Below, in pieces: positions 62,485 through 64,000 of a DNA stretch of 64,000 bases (positions are counted from its first letter, which is position 1; each line of letters opens with the position of its first letter). Both the position numbers and the translations under genes were made by a program. The notes beneath the pieces were generated by a model that did not search any database, was not told the origin of the DNA, and worked only from the letters and a program-made list of their open reading frames with translations. The DNA is from Felis catus (Eukaryota): positions 26,848,001 to 26,912,000 of the forward strand of contig NC_058369.1 in NCBI RefSeq assembly GCF_018350175.1. Direction: 5' to 3'.

Positions 62485-63170
62485 ATGTTCATTCATTCAT
62501 GGGATAATTATTTAGCTCCTAGATACTTAACAGGACAGATAACCCTTGAGGAGTTTAAAATATAGCAGTAGAGGCATAGATGAATAAATACATAAATAAA
62601 TACATAATTTAATACAGTAGTGATAAGTGCTATTTATAAAAGGGAAAGAGATACAGAGCTTAGAACACCAATGAGGGCTATGTAGATATGGTGATGAGGG
62701 AAGAACTTTCAATAAGGGAAACGTGAACAGTGCCCTGAAGGTAGTAGGGAGTATGAACTGAGTAAATATCTGAGGTAAGACCCTTTGAGGCACAGGGAAG
62801 CAAGTACAAAGATTCTGAAGTGGTCATGTGCATCTTCCAAGAACATTGGTAAAGAAGCCCATGATGCTGAACTGCTATGAGGAAGGGAACAAAAGAGGAA
62901 ACAGGGTCAAAGAGATGATGAGGGGCCATATTATGAAAAGTGTTAAGGTCAAATAAAGATTTTGGATTTTATTTAAGTACAAAAGGAGTCATTGGAGGGC
63001 TTTGAACAGAGCGCAAATTTGAATTTAAATGTAGGGTATATGATAAAAAGGCAAATCAGGCATGATTCTTAGGTTTTTGGCCTGGGAATTGGATACAACG
63101 TGATGCCATTTATTGAGGTGGGGAAAACTAGGGAAGAATGGATTTAGAGGAGAAATCAAAATGCCTCTGA
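62485..63170 (-). mobile_element. L2 fragment
   Basis: ttcattcattcat start; agtcattggagggctttgaacag. Confidence 0.7.
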
Positions 63171-63414
63171 GAAATTCTGGTGGCTGGAAATATGCATATG
63201 AAACTAATACCTAGAATTTAAAGTAGCTGTTGAAATTCTTGTCCATGGATCCCAGGAGGTTTATTCTGCAGCCACTACTGTTTGTATTTATCTCCCCTCT
63301 TTGCCTAATTTTTACTCCTGCCTTAGACCTTATGGAGGGGCAGAGGACATTCTTCCTATTGGAGAAGGATAGTAGTCCCTATGTGGATGATGATAGTGGT
63401 ATAGAGTGGGAATA

Positions 63415-64000
63415 GTTATTCAATTATAGGCATTTGTTGAAACCTTGCTGTGTGCAAAATCATAATAGGGAGCAAAAGCAAACAGAGTCTTTGTCTTCAC
63501 TGACCTTAAAATCTGGTGCATAGTAGGGCATAGTGGCTTAGATAAGACCTTAATCAGGTAATCACAAAAGCAAACATAACATTGTAATGATATCATGTAA
63601 TGGAACAGAGATGCATGTTGCTGGAGTGTATAACAGGAGGAGTTATGTCTTGATATGGAGGTCAAGGAATGCTTTCTGTTATCATGAGTAGTTATGTGAA
63701 AGGTGAGTAGGAGTTAACTAGGCAAAGAATGGTCCAGGGAGAGGGAACAGCATATGCAATAGTCCTGTGGCAGGAGGGACTATGGTACATATTCATATGT
63801 AAAGAAGACTAGACTATGGCAGGAGCACAGAGAGTGAGGGATAGCATTGCACAAGATGAAGGTGGAGATTCACACAGCAAACAGTTAATGGCTTGTAGGC
63901 CTCATGGTTTGAGAAAAATCATTGTGGTTACAGTGTAGAGAATGGATTGAGGCTGAGGGATGGAGGAAAAGGACACAAAGAAAGGATTAGGGAGACCATG
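63415..64000 (-). mobile_element. L2 fragment running off the window
   Basis: ttattcaa...catttgttgaa start; gagggaacagcatatgcaa...gtggcaggagg. Confidence 0.7.

Noticed and set aside
1..64000. CRISPR array, prokaryotic operon, rRNA, numt or endogenous viral coding sequence
   Set aside because: No repeat-spacer array, long non-L1 ORF or recognisable rRNA, mitochondrial or viral sequence was seen.

Overview
Mammalian genomic DNA from a felid, domestic cat or a close relative, judged from many young SINEC_Fc-type Can-SINEs. The left ~8.5 kb holds the 5' end of a minus-strand gene I recognise as CFAP20DC (C3orf67). Coding exons 1-3 (7919-7939, 6102-6191, 3111-3204) have canonical GT/AG boundaries and splice in frame to [68 protein letters not shown]. 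None of these frames appears in the ORF track. The gene starts in a CpG island carrying a near-perfect RFX X-box and CRE-like, CCAAT, NRF1, GC-box and MYB motifs, which looks like a ciliary/testis and possibly bidirectional promoter; a strong-Kozak uORF lies upstream of the start codon. In the remaining ~55 kb I found no protein-coding gene; it is rich in SINE, L1, L2, MIR, MaLR and DNA-transposon remnants. I see no evidence of a new coding system. The most unusual signals are molecular fossils: two neighbouring L1s that share an apparent gene-conversion tract and have exactly complementary breakpoints, a SINE with a 50-bp target-site duplication (TSD), a forward-inverted-forward micro-triplication, and an L1 that kept ORF1 but lost EN/RT. 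Repeat subfamily names and consensus comparisons come from memory and hand alignment, not from a database search; edges of old repeats are approximate.
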